A stretch of DNA of 64,000 nucleotides, taken from IMG/VR virus record IMGVR_UViG_3300020598_000119, one strand, 5' to 3'. How positions within the stretch are numbered: position 1 is the stretch's first letter; each line of letters opens with the position of its first letter. Below are positions 47,769 through 56,520 of this stretch, in pieces. The position numbers and the translations under genes were made by a program. Source of the DNA: a virus. Taxonomy: Duplodnaviria > Caudoviricetes. The notes below the pieces were generated by a model that worked only from the letters and a program-made list of their open reading frames with translations, did no database searches and was not told where the DNA came from.

Positions 47769-47889
47769 TTTCTGCCCTTCATAAATGCGTATATGCGTTT
47801 TAATGAGGGTGTCATCAGAATAATAAACGTTCAAGAAAAAAGTGGACGGAATTAATTTTTCCACCCACTTTCCCGTCTTAAATTAATTT

Positions 47890-48690
47890 TCAAGACATCT
47901 GCAGTTTGACGGCTTCGCGAACAGGTTTTGTGCGGGCAAGAAACCTGTCCAGCACATCACGGATGTCTTGCGACAGCTTTTCTGTACAACGGTGCACGAT
48001 GTCATCAGGAATGCCGAACTTCGGTTCCACGATAGCGCCTGCGATGGCAGCTTGCGTGTCAGCATCGTTGCCAAGCGAGACCGCGTTGCGAACCGCATCT
48101 TCGAACGAGGTCGCTTCCAGTGCGCAGATGATAGCTTCCGGCACGCTGTCAGGGCAGGTGGTCTTGAAACGCGGATAGTTCCAGCGAATACCGTCGACCG
48201 TACGATCAAGATCGTAGCCAGTAAGGTCAGCGATCACCTGCTTGATCTCGTCGTGACGCCCTTCGACCGCCAGACGCACGGCCACGGCCACCGCAACAGC
48301 GCCCTTGATGCCCTCGGGATGTGAGTGAGACGGCATGGCACTTTCGGTTGCCATCTTGATTGCTTCCTCGACGCTGCCAGCGAGCCAGCCAATAGCACTC
48401 ACGCGCATAGCAGAACCGTTGCCGAATGAATCGCCCTGAGTACGTTGTGGATTAAGAAGCCATGCCTTAAAGCCCTTGCCGAAACCGTCCTCTATATGAC
48501 GCAGGCCGAATTCAACGAGAGCATCCTCATAGCTTATTCCCGACATCGCAGCATGTGCAATCGCAGCGGTCAACACCGTATCATCGGAGAAACGTGATCC
48601 GTCACGGAACAAATCGAATTCCTTCGTGCGGATCGGATATTCAAATTCATATGGGCGACCAATCACGTCACCACAGATAGCTCCAAGCAT
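47890..48690 (-). CDS. ADP-ribosylglycohydrolase (DraG/ARH family)
   Basis: MLGAICGDVIG, FSDDT, GNGSAMRVS, SHSHPEG, GNDADTQAAIAG. Confidence 0.93.
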   Translation of the reverse strand: MLGAICGDVIGRPYEFEYPIRTKEFDLFRDGSRFSDDTVLTAAIAHAAMSGISYEDALVEFGLRHIEDGFGKGFKAWLLNPQRTQGDSFGNGSAMRVSAIGWLAGSVEEAIKMATESAMPSHSHPEGIKGAVAVAVAVRLAVEGRHDEIKQVIADLTGYDLDRTVDGIRWNYPRFKTTCPDSVPEAIICALEATSFEDAVRNAVSLGNDADTQAAIAGAIVEPKFGIPDDIVHRCTEKLSQDIRDVLDRFLARTKPVREAVKLQMS

Positions 48691-48870
48691 GAACACCTCT
48701 TTCTTACTCGCGGCGATAAATGCCAAAAATCCTGCGAAATTGCAATTTAATTTTTGTTCTGATTCCAGTTTTAGACGCATGTAGGGGAATTAAGCGTTCA
48801 GGCAAAATCAGTTGACACTTTCTCTTTATGCCCACAGCATATTAATTATCGAGAATTTACCGGGGTAAAT

Positions 48871-50718
48871 ATGTCGGGACTAAATCAGGAACAACGTGCG
48901 GCTGCGTCCCACAATTCAGGTCATGCCATCGTCTTGGCAGGACCTGGCACGGGCAAAACCAGCACTCTTGTCGCCCGACACTCATTTCTCCGTTCTCGCG
49001 GTATTGCCAGCGAACATATTCTGGTTTCGACTTTCACTAACAAGGCCGCCGAAGAGCTGAAGGCTCGGTTGGGCAAAAATGCTCCCTCGTCCGCCTGGAT
49101 CGGCACCTTTCACGGCATTTGCCTTCGACTTTTGAGACGTTTCAACGAAAATGCGAAGCTGAAGAAGAACTTCAAGGTCCTCGATCCAGGCGCGCAGAAA
49201 GAACTGATCGCCAAGGCAGGCATCGTCTGGGATGCGGACGATGGAGACCTTACCGACGTCATCGGCAGGTGGAAGGATTCCCTTGTTTCGCCCGAGGATG
49301 CGATGGCTGAAGCGATCCGCAAGGGCAATTCGATTCTGAGCCTCGCAGCCGAGCACTACCAAACCTATGAAGATGAATTGGCCAGAAGGGGCGATCTGGA
49401 TTTCTCCGACCTAGTCACCCGTTCTCTACAGGTAATGCGCACCTCACCAGAGGTTATAGACTTCATTCGAACTCGCATTACGCATGCGCTGGTCGACGAA
49501 TTCCAAGACGTTAACAGATCTCAGGTAGAGTTTCTTCAAGCACTTGCCGCCGCAGGAACGACGATTTGGGCGGTCGCCGATGACGATCAGGCACTTTATG
49601 GATGGCGCGGCGGCAACGTCCGTTACACCGTCCACTTTTCCCAGTTCTTCAAGGACGCAAAGACCTACACACTCGTCGTCAATTACCGATGCGATCCAGC
49701 AATCATTGCGGCGGCCAATGTCAGCATCGCCAATAACGTCAACCGCGTTCGCAAAGTGCTGAAACCATCTCGCCAGCATAATAAGAACTTTGTCGTTCGC
49801 ATTCGTCCATTCCGCACGGAAAAGGACGAGGCTGAATGGGTTGCCTCATCCATTGAGCGCTATCTGAAACAGGGCGCGAAGCCACGAGACATCGCCGTAC
49901 TGATCCGGACTTCCTCCGTCACACCTGCCATCCAGCAGGCCTTTGAAGCGCGCCAAATCCCATTTTCTTTATCTGGGACTCAGAGCTTCTGGGAGTTGCC
50001 GGAAGTCACAGCCGTTGCAGACGTGCTCAATGCTATCGAACAAGGACAGCCTGGTCGCATTGCCGCCCGCTTCAAGGGCGTTCTAGACCTCGTGAACACG
50101 ATGAAAGGCTCGTCCCCAAAGGAGGCCGCCAGTGCTGTCGGTCGACTAGTCGGAGACCAACCACCTCAGGGTGTAACCGGAGAAAGAGCCGCCTTGTGGT
50201 CAGATGCTTGTGAAGCGGCCGCAGGCATAGCAACGACGTTCAACAGTGCCACAGCATTCATCGGTCACATCAACGAAATGGCTGCGAAGAGTTCCACGTC
50301 GGAAAGCGAAGGCATATCGATCACCACTGTCCATTCCTCCAAGGGCCTTGAATGGCGTCACGTCGTTATCGCTGGCGCTGAAGCATCGTTGATGCCTCAT
50401 CATCGATCTGACGATCCCGAGGAAGAGCGCAGACTGTTTTACGTCGCACTAACGCGCTCCAAGGGGGCCGTGGACATCACCTTCTCCAAGTTCCGGTTTG
50501 GCAAGAGCCAGTCACCATCTCCATACCTCTCCGAAATCTCGAAAGCACCAACAGGAGCGGTCGTGTGGGCGGGTGGAGAGCAACCCCCTGAATCTCAACA
50601 ACCGCAAACATCAACCGCTCCTGCACAGAGGGCGGAACAACCAAATCAGAACAACGCCATGCCGAAGGTCTACAGACGGCGTGGTGGCAAAAGCCTGATC
50701 CCGCCTGAAGAGCGTTAA
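48871..50718 (+). CDS. UvrD/PcrA/Rep SF1 helicase
   Basis: LAGPGTGKT, TFTNKAA, GTFH, VDEFQD, DDDQALYGWRG, NYR, TVHSSKGLEW, EERRLFYVALTR. Confidence 0.95.
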   Translation: MSGLNQEQRAAASHNSGHAIVLAGPGTGKTSTLVARHSFLRSRGIASEHILVSTFTNKAAEELKARLGKNAPSSAWIGTFHGICLRLLRRFNENAKLKKNFKVLDPGAQKELIAKAGIVWDADDGDLTDVIGRWKDSLVSPEDAMAEAIRKGNSILSLAAEHYQTYEDELARRGDLDFSDLVTRSLQVMRTSPEVIDFIRTRITHALVDEFQDVNRSQVEFLQALAAAGTTIWAVADDDQALYGWRGGNVRYTVHFSQFFKDAKTYTLVVNYRCDPAIIAAANVSIANNVNRVRKVLKPSRQHNKNFVVRIRPFRTEKDEAEWVASSIERYLKQGAKPRDIAVLIRTSSVTPAIQQAFEARQIPFSLSGTQSFWELPEVTAVADVLNAIEQGQPGRIAARFKGVLDLVNTMKGSSPKEAASAVGRLVGDQPPQGVTGERAALWSDACEAAAGIATTFNSATAFIGHINEMAAKSSTSESEGISITTVHSSKGLEWRHVVIAGAEASLMPHHRSDDPEEERRLFYVALTRSKGAVDITFSKFRFGKSQSPSPYLSEISKAPTGAVVWAGGEQPPESQQPQTSTAPAQRAEQPNQNNAMPKVYRRRGGKSLIPPEER

Positions 50719-50720
50719 AT

Positions 50721-51083
50721 ATGAAAAAAATGAAAACTTCGAAGCGCTTCCGTATTTACAAGGAAATGCGTCGTGAACTGATAGAAAAATACCCAGCAGC
50801 TTTTCCTGCGAAAGGGAAACGGCCGCCGTTGAAGGTGGGTATCGTGAAAGATATTTTGGCTGACGGATCGCTAAATTCGACTGCTAATAATCTTCGTATT
50901 TTTCTCTCTATCTGGACGCGCTCGACTGCTTATCTCCAGAGCGTCGCTAAAATGCGACCGCGCATCACTCTAAGCGGGGAAGTATGCGCGGAAATAAGCA
51001 AGGTCCACGCATCAACAGCCGCAGAGATCATTGTCTCCAGAAAAAATAAAAAGCTGAATAATTTGACTTCCACTGGGCAATAA
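50721..51083 (+). CDS. ProQ/FinO-family RNA chaperone
   Basis: YPAAF...PLKVGIVKDI...WTRSTAYL...RITLSGE. Confidence 0.85.
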   Translation: MKKMKTSKRFRIYKEMRRELIEKYPAAFPAKGKRPPLKVGIVKDILADGSLNSTANNLRIFLSIWTRSTAYLQSVAKMRPRITLSGEVCAEISKVHASTAAEIIVSRKNKKLNNLTSTGQ

Positions 51084-51120
51084 TCTAAAAAAGCTGTCAA
51101 CATTTTAGATTGGAGTGAAT

Positions 51121-52872
51121 ATGCTTATTGATCGCGACAACGCACAATTTTGCGGAGAAAAATCCGTAAAAGGCCGTACATGGGCAATCAAGAAACTCGT
51201 TGAAAGCACTGCGATTGAAGGCGTCCATCCTATTGCAACGAGTGTTGCTCTGGCTCGTGGATTCGATCCTGAACGTTTTTTCTCTCCGGCCATCCGCACG
51301 GAAATGCCTGATCCCTATCATCTGAAGTCGATGAAAGAAGCTGTTGAAAGCTTCTGTGATGCTGTTCAGGCTGACAAGAAAATCATGATCTATGGCGACT
51401 ACGACGTCGATGGCGCAACCTCGACTTCACTCGTGCTTCGTTGGCTGACCAGCATGGGCTACTCCAAAGTCCTATACTACATCCCAGACCGACTGGCCGA
51501 AGGCTACGGCCCGAATGCAGATGCAATCCGCCGAGTTCACACGGAAGAAGCCATCGAATATCTCCTTTGCCTCGACAGCGGCACCACGGCGCACGGCCCA
51601 CTCGGAGTCGCTTCTGAACTCGGTCTTGAGATTGTTATTCTCGACCACCACGAACCTGATGATCGTGATCCTCCCGGCATCCTGGTTAATCCGAAGCGTC
51701 GTGATGAAGATCGCAAGTTCGACTATCTTTGCACAGCAGGGCTGGCGTTCCTGTTTCTCGTTGGCGTTCAGCGCGAGATGCGTAATCGCGGATATTTCAC
51801 GACCGAGCGTCCTGAGATCAATCTAATGCAATGGCTCGGCATCGTTGCCCTCGGTACTGTTGCAGACCTTGTTCCACTGGTCGGCCTCAATCGCGCATAT
51901 GTCGCTGTCGGCCTTCCGCTCATGGAACGCATTCCAGGCATTCGTGCTCTCAACATCGCCAACGGTGACGCAGGTTATACTGCTACGACCTGTGGCTTTG
52001 TGTTTGGCCCGTGCATCAACGCAGCTGGCCGCATCGGTGACACCCGTCAGGGAACATACCTGCTCTGGTCTGACGATGAAGCTGAAGTCGAGCAGATCGC
52101 GCAGGCGCTGGTCGAGACCAACAAGGAACGACAGGACATTCAAAAGGCTGCAATGCAGGATGCCATCGAAATGGGCAGACAGCGTGCGGACGATGGTGTG
52201 ATCGTCCTTTACAATCCAGATTGGCATCCTGGCGTGGTTGGTCTGGTCGCTTCCAAGGTCAAGGACGCGCTGGACAAGCCAGCTGTCATTATCGGCGCGG
52301 GCGGTTCGGCATCATGCCGCGCAGTTGACGGGTTCGACATCGGTGGGGCGGTCATTGCAGCTCGTGAAGCTGGCATCCTGCTCAAGGGCGGCGGTCACGC
52401 AGCGGCGGCAGGCCTGACGGTCCTGCCAGAGCGCATCGATGAGTTGCGTAAGTTCCTGTGCGAGCGCGCTATTGGATTCCAGCATCCTGCAACGGAAATC
52501 GACCTTGCCTTCAAGGCAGGCGCACTGAACCCTGCACTGGTCGAGGCACTCGAAACGCTTGAACCATTCGGCATGAAAAATCCGAAACCGCGCGTGGCCG
52601 TTCTCAATGGTCTGGTGAAGTCAGTCCGCATCATGAAAGAACTCCACGTGAAGCTCTTCATTTCAGAAGGTGGGAGCGAAACTGAGGCCATGATGTGGAA
52701 TGCAATCGGCACGCCACTCGGTGATGCATTGTCTGCCTGTGAAGGCCGCTATGTCGACATCTACGGCACTGCCCGCATCGACAGCTTTGGCGGCAAACGT
52801 CGCGCCACAGTCATTGTCGAGGACGCCATCATTGGCCCTTCGTTTGACGCTGTTGACCGGGACGCAGCGTAA
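51121..52872 (+). CDS. recJ: RecJ 5'-3' ssDNA exonuclease
   Basis: YGDYDVDGATS, PDRLAEGYG, LDHH, ALGTVADLVPL, INAAGR, GGHAAAAG, LEPFG..NP. Confidence 0.96.
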   Translation: MLIDRDNAQFCGEKSVKGRTWAIKKLVESTAIEGVHPIATSVALARGFDPERFFSPAIRTEMPDPYHLKSMKEAVESFCDAVQADKKIMIYGDYDVDGATSTSLVLRWLTSMGYSKVLYYIPDRLAEGYGPNADAIRRVHTEEAIEYLLCLDSGTTAHGPLGVASELGLEIVILDHHEPDDRDPPGILVNPKRRDEDRKFDYLCTAGLAFLFLVGVQREMRNRGYFTTERPEINLMQWLGIVALGTVADLVPLVGLNRAYVAVGLPLMERIPGIRALNIANGDAGYTATTCGFVFGPCINAAGRIGDTRQGTYLLWSDDEAEVEQIAQALVETNKERQDIQKAAMQDAIEMGRQRADDGVIVLYNPDWHPGVVGLVASKVKDALDKPAVIIGAGGSASCRAVDGFDIGGAVIAAREAGILLKGGGHAAAAGLTVLPERIDELRKFLCERAIGFQHPATEIDLAFKAGALNPALVEALETLEPFGMKNPKPRVAVLNGLVKSVRIMKELHVKLFISEGGSETEAMMWNAIGTPLGDALSACEGRYVDIYGTARIDSFGGKRRATVIVEDAIIGPSFDAVDRDAA

Positions 52873-52885
52873 ACTGCTGAGGTCA

Positions 52886-53710
52886 CTAACCTCTGGTCGT
52901 ACCTCTTGATCTTGCGGCGAATGTCGCAAAATCAGAGGCAACATCATTTATTGTAAATCCGATTCGATAAATCGCATCACGAAAACTTTGATGGTAGCCG
53001 TCCTGAACGTAAGGCTCACCTTCGATCATCTTTGAATTGCGACAGAAGGGCGTGTAATAATTTGGACCATTACCCCATGGATCGGGGAGGGGACAATCTC
53101 CTAAATGGCGGCAAATAACTTCGACTAGATTCACAAATGCCTTCATTTTTCTAGTACCCCAGATATCTTCAACAGAGTATTTGCAGATATCCACAGAACC
53201 ATCATCATTACATTTTATAAACCGCCTGATATCGAACGGGTCAAAGGAGAACCAACGAGGAGCAGTAACTATTTTTTTTGCTTTTGCGTCTGCCAAATTG
53301 CATCCTTCACAAAGAACAACAGTTTGAAACCTTCTCCTAAAACCAAATGGGACACCCTTCTCATTCAGGATGTCAGCTATATGATCATGATGATGAACCA
53401 ACCGACAGTGGATAGTCCCATCATTGGTTTTTCTCATTATCTCAATTTTGTTTCTCATACACGCAGGACATCTCCACCATTGTGGAGTTAGAAGAAATCC
53501 TGCTCGGAAAGACATCGGACCAATATTTGCCTTTAAATCCGAGGTCCGAAGCTTTACTGCATCGCGCCAGAAACCGTCCAATTCACCCATACAAGTGGTC
53601 TGAACATCGGCATCTGACAGAGAAACCAAGTCATTTACGGTATAGATCGCTTGCGGCAATTTCTTCTCCGGCTTCCATCGACCAAATACGGGATTTTGCA
53701 ACAAGTTCAT
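52886..53710 (-). CDS. Zn-binding HNH-like protein (AT-rich)
   Basis: WRCPAC...HHHDH...LCEGCN; start uncertain. Confidence 0.6.
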   Translation of the reverse strand: MNLLQNPVFGRWKPEKKLPQAIYTVNDLVSLSDADVQTTCMGELDGFWRDAVKLRTSDLKANIGPMSFRAGFLLTPQWWRCPACMRNKIEIMRKTNDGTIHCRLVHHHDHIADILNEKGVPFGFRRRFQTVVLCEGCNLADAKAKKIVTAPRWFSFDPFDIRRFIKCNDDGSVDICKYSVEDIWGTRKMKAFVNLVEVICRHLGDCPLPDPWGNGPNYYTPFCRNSKMIEGEPYVQDGYHQSFRDAIYRIGFTINDVASDFATFAARSRGTTRG

Positions 53711-54326
53711 CAATAGAATATATTGAGAAAAGTCTGTTGTAGTCAAACATTGCCTGTTTATGGACATTCAAATCACGTCCCCACGCTTTGTGAAGAGCAA
53801 GTATAAATCCGAGTGGCGGGTAAAGTTGTCTTATTGTTTTAACTTCATCCCTTATACAATCATGCAGTATAAACTGAACTAGATTCTCATGTCCTGCGTG
53901 GATGTATTTTCTATTTACTCTCTCAAACCCAATCTCATTCCAAACAGGACTATGAAAAAAGGCCTTCATCCACCCAATAATTGCTTCCTCATGCCACCCA
54001 AGAGGGGCTGCAAAGTATTCTGCGCCACCTCTGCCATCGGAAAATATAAATATAGGCAGGCCAGCAGGATACATAGTATTGTCCATGTATAAACAGGCAT
54101 AGAGCAACTTTTGCCTCAAAACGATATTAAGATCCTGCAGATCATTACCACTCGTGTGCATATAGAAAACTGGATGAAAGGATGGAATATCGTTGGCTAC
54201 AAGCTGATCAATTGTGATCAATTGAGATGGAAAGCTGGGAAAGGGTCTATGAAGTTTCCCGCCCACGACTATTGTCGATACTGAATTCATTCCACCCTCC
54301 CAATAACTTATTGTGAAGTATGGCAT
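53631..54326 (-). CDS. Hypothetical protein (AT-rich), overlapping the HNH-like ORF
   Basis: 231-aa ORF. Confidence 0.6.
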   Translation of the reverse strand: MPYFTISYWEGGMNSVSTIVVGGKLHRPFPSFPSQLITIDQLVANDIPSFHPVFYMHTSGNDLQDLNIVLRQKLLYACLYMDNTMYPAGLPIFIFSDGRGGAEYFAAPLGWHEEAIIGWMKAFFHSPVWNEIGFERVNRKYIHAGHENLVQFILHDCIRDEVKTIRQLYPPLGFILALHKAWGRDLNVHKQAMFDYNRLFSIYSIDELVAKSRIWSMEAGEEIAASDLYRK

Positions 54327-54367
54327 AAAAACTCATCGGCCAAAATCGGCCAAAACGTGGATAAGCA

Positions 54368-54721
54368 CTATTTTCTTTCGCCATCGTAGTAATGCCAGCA
54401 GCTCGCATGAATTAGCGTCGGAAGGCCAAGGCCATCTGCCTGTCCAACTTGACGATACCCTCGTCTGAGGAGATAGGCCAGCAGACGTTCATTCATGACG
54501 TTCTCATGCAAGAACCTGTATTTTTGCTCATACTCGTCCAAGAATTTCGTGAAACCACCATTACCTGGTTTGTCAGCCTCTGCATTCGCAATTTCGAAAT
54601 CCGCTGAATGGAGCGCTACCACTGGCTTGCGCACATAAATTCGTACGCCGTATTCTTTAACCCATTCAGAGCGACGGAAGAAATCGCTCGCTACAAAATC
54701 ATCAAATCTACGGTAACGCAT
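54368..54721 (-). CDS. Small GNAT-like hypothetical protein
   Basis: PGNGGFTKFL and ENVMNERL...LLRRGY resemble GNAT motifs A and B. Confidence 0.5.
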   Translation of the reverse strand: MRYRRFDDFVASDFFRRSEWVKEYGVRIYVRKPVVALHSADFEIANAEADKPGNGGFTKFLDEYEQKYRFLHENVMNERLLAYLLRRGYRQVGQADGLGLPTLIHASCWHYYDGERK

Positions 54722-54752
54722 ATACGTCCTCGCGAGGCAACCTCGCGTTCAA

Positions 54753-55130
54753 TTAAAACGAAGGAGGACGATTCAGCAAGTCCGGCCTCACTTCACCAAT
54801 TTTGGTCAGTGTATCGAGTAGAATTGAAACCCTATTGGGGTTCGCCGTCATCCGGTTCATCTCAGCGACGGTTTCATCGCAGACAGGAAAGCGAACGATT
54901 TCCACAGGATCGCTATCCTCAATCAGCATGTACTGCGCGCCCTTCTTCTTGAACCACGCGTCGACCGATTTGGCACTGCCCATGTGCAGCATGACGTCAC
55001 CCGCGTAAGCGATAGCCAGTTCGCCGCTGCCATCACATACGTGTCGCAGGCCCGTGCTGAGAGCCGCTCGCGGCCCTTCGCGGAACCAGACATCTCCATG
55101 CTCGATCACGTATGGGCCATCAGTATTCAT
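54753..55130 (-). CDS. Hypothetical protein
   Basis: GAGGA RBS; 125 aa. Confidence 0.7.
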   Translation of the reverse strand: MNTDGPYVIEHGDVWFREGPRAALSTGLRHVCDGSGELAIAYAGDVMLHMGSAKSVDAWFKKKGAQYMLIEDSDPVEIVRFPVCDETVAEMNRMTANPNRVSILLDTLTKIGEVRPDLLNRPPSF

Positions 55131-55140
55131 ATTCCGGTTC

Positions 55141-55212
55141 CTCTCAACCTATCATTTTCACAGACTATCAACTCAGCCCTTTGTGAAACACACAAACTGA
55201 CAAGCTGCCTGC
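55141..55212. repeat. Satellite octamer array (9 units)
   Basis: ctctcaac ctatcatt ttcacaga ctatcaac tcagccct ttgtgaaa cacacaaa ctgacaag ctgcctgc. Confidence 0.7.
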
Positions 55213-55781
55213 TAGGAGCAAACTTCTGTGCTTCCCCTTGAAATCACTGGGAGTTTTCCTCCTGGGGACAGCAAACTGACGTCAATCCCCGAGCATTTGC
55301 CAGCCTGCCAAACTCGGCTCATGGCAAATTGATTGCCTGTTTCCTCGTCTACGACCGTGGAGGAACCGCGATATGCAGCCTCGGTGGCAGCACGATCAAA
55401 GCTCTCGCGCATGGTCGCAGGCACATGCCGATCCACCCAAAGCGACTTCTCTGAGGCGACGTTTGCGAACTCGTTGGTTCCGCTGTCAGCTTGAACATCT
55501 GGAAGAGAGCTGCGCTCCATGTCGGGGACAGGCTTTACCGTAAGCTGGTCGTCCTGCGAACCAGTGGCGGGTGGGTATCTCCATGCCGAGTCTCCTCTCC
55601 AGCCCTTCGACTGACGCACTTCTGGTTCATCCTTTTGGGGCATCTGATACGGTTCCCATCCAGCATTTGGAGCTTGAACCGAGGGGCCGACGTTAGCCGG
55701 AGGGACAGGAACATCCATACCGACCGAGCATCCAGCTACGAGAGCAAATGTTGAGATAACAAAAGGCATTCTGAAATTCAC
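55212..55781 (-). CDS. Lipoprotein
   Basis: Lipobox VAGC; C-terminal Cys pair. Confidence 0.8.
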   Translation of the reverse strand: MNFRMPFVISTFALVAGCSVGMDVPVPPANVGPSVQAPNAGWEPYQMPQKDEPEVRQSKGWRGDSAWRYPPATGSQDDQLTVKPVPDMERSSLPDVQADSGTNEFANVASEKSLWVDRHVPATMRESFDRAATEAAYRGSSTVVDEETGNQFAMSRVWQAGKCSGIDVSLLSPGGKLPVISRGSTEVCS

Positions 55782-55792
55782 GAAATTCTCCT

Positions 55793-56386
55793 TCAGAACG
55801 TATCGCCAATATCATCTACAATTATTTGTTGTTTTTTCTTCAATGCCAATCCGGTTGGGGCAGGGCGGTCGAAATTATTCTGTCTCGAAGCTGGTTGCTT
55901 TATAGAATTTGTACTTGGTCTACCTAACCCAAGATTTGTGCCAGACGTCGTATTTGTCGGACGTGAAGCCAAACTATTAATTGCAGGTTTCCCAGGCCAC
56001 AATTTAGCAGCCGCGCTATTTTGCTGGGGCATGGCGTTGCCATTTTGTCTTGAATATGGGTTCTCATTCGGCTTTTCCATCGGCGCAGTTGCGGTCGGCT
56101 TTGCCTTCCCAAAACTCATCCGACCTGTCGGCCTAACTGGTTCATCATCGTCGAAATTGGGCGTAGCAGGAGCCTCAACGACCTGTTTTTGAATGCCTTT
56201 TTCCTCAAGCATTTCCTCAAATGTATCGATAGGATGTATCCCTCGACGCAGAGCGAAAGCTGCTTCGATAATAAATTCTCGGCGATATTCCTCGGGAACC
56301 ATTTCCCATAGATTCAAAGGGATAGACGGCGGGCATTCGACATCCCACGACTCATCGTCCCAAATTGAACCTGCAGTCTCCGACAT
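55793..56386 (-). CDS. Hypothetical, largely disordered protein
   Basis: 197 aa; N/P/T-rich; acidic tip DDIGDTF. Confidence 0.7.
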   Translation of the reverse strand: MSETAGSIWDDESWDVECPPSIPLNLWEMVPEEYRREFIIEAAFALRRGIHPIDTFEEMLEEKGIQKQVVEAPATPNFDDDEPVRPTGRMSFGKAKPTATAPMEKPNENPYSRQNGNAMPQQNSAAAKLWPGKPAINSLASRPTNTTSGTNLGLGRPSTNSIKQPASRQNNFDRPAPTGLALKKKQQIIVDDIGDTF

Positions 56387-56520
56387 TCAATCTTCCATAA
56401 AGCTTCACTATCAGGCATTATCGATTAATCCCCGAAAAACACAATAATTATTATGGGAAAAATATTGACAAACAAGCACTAATTGGGCATTTATCCAAGG
56501 GTAAATTCGGAGATAACTTC

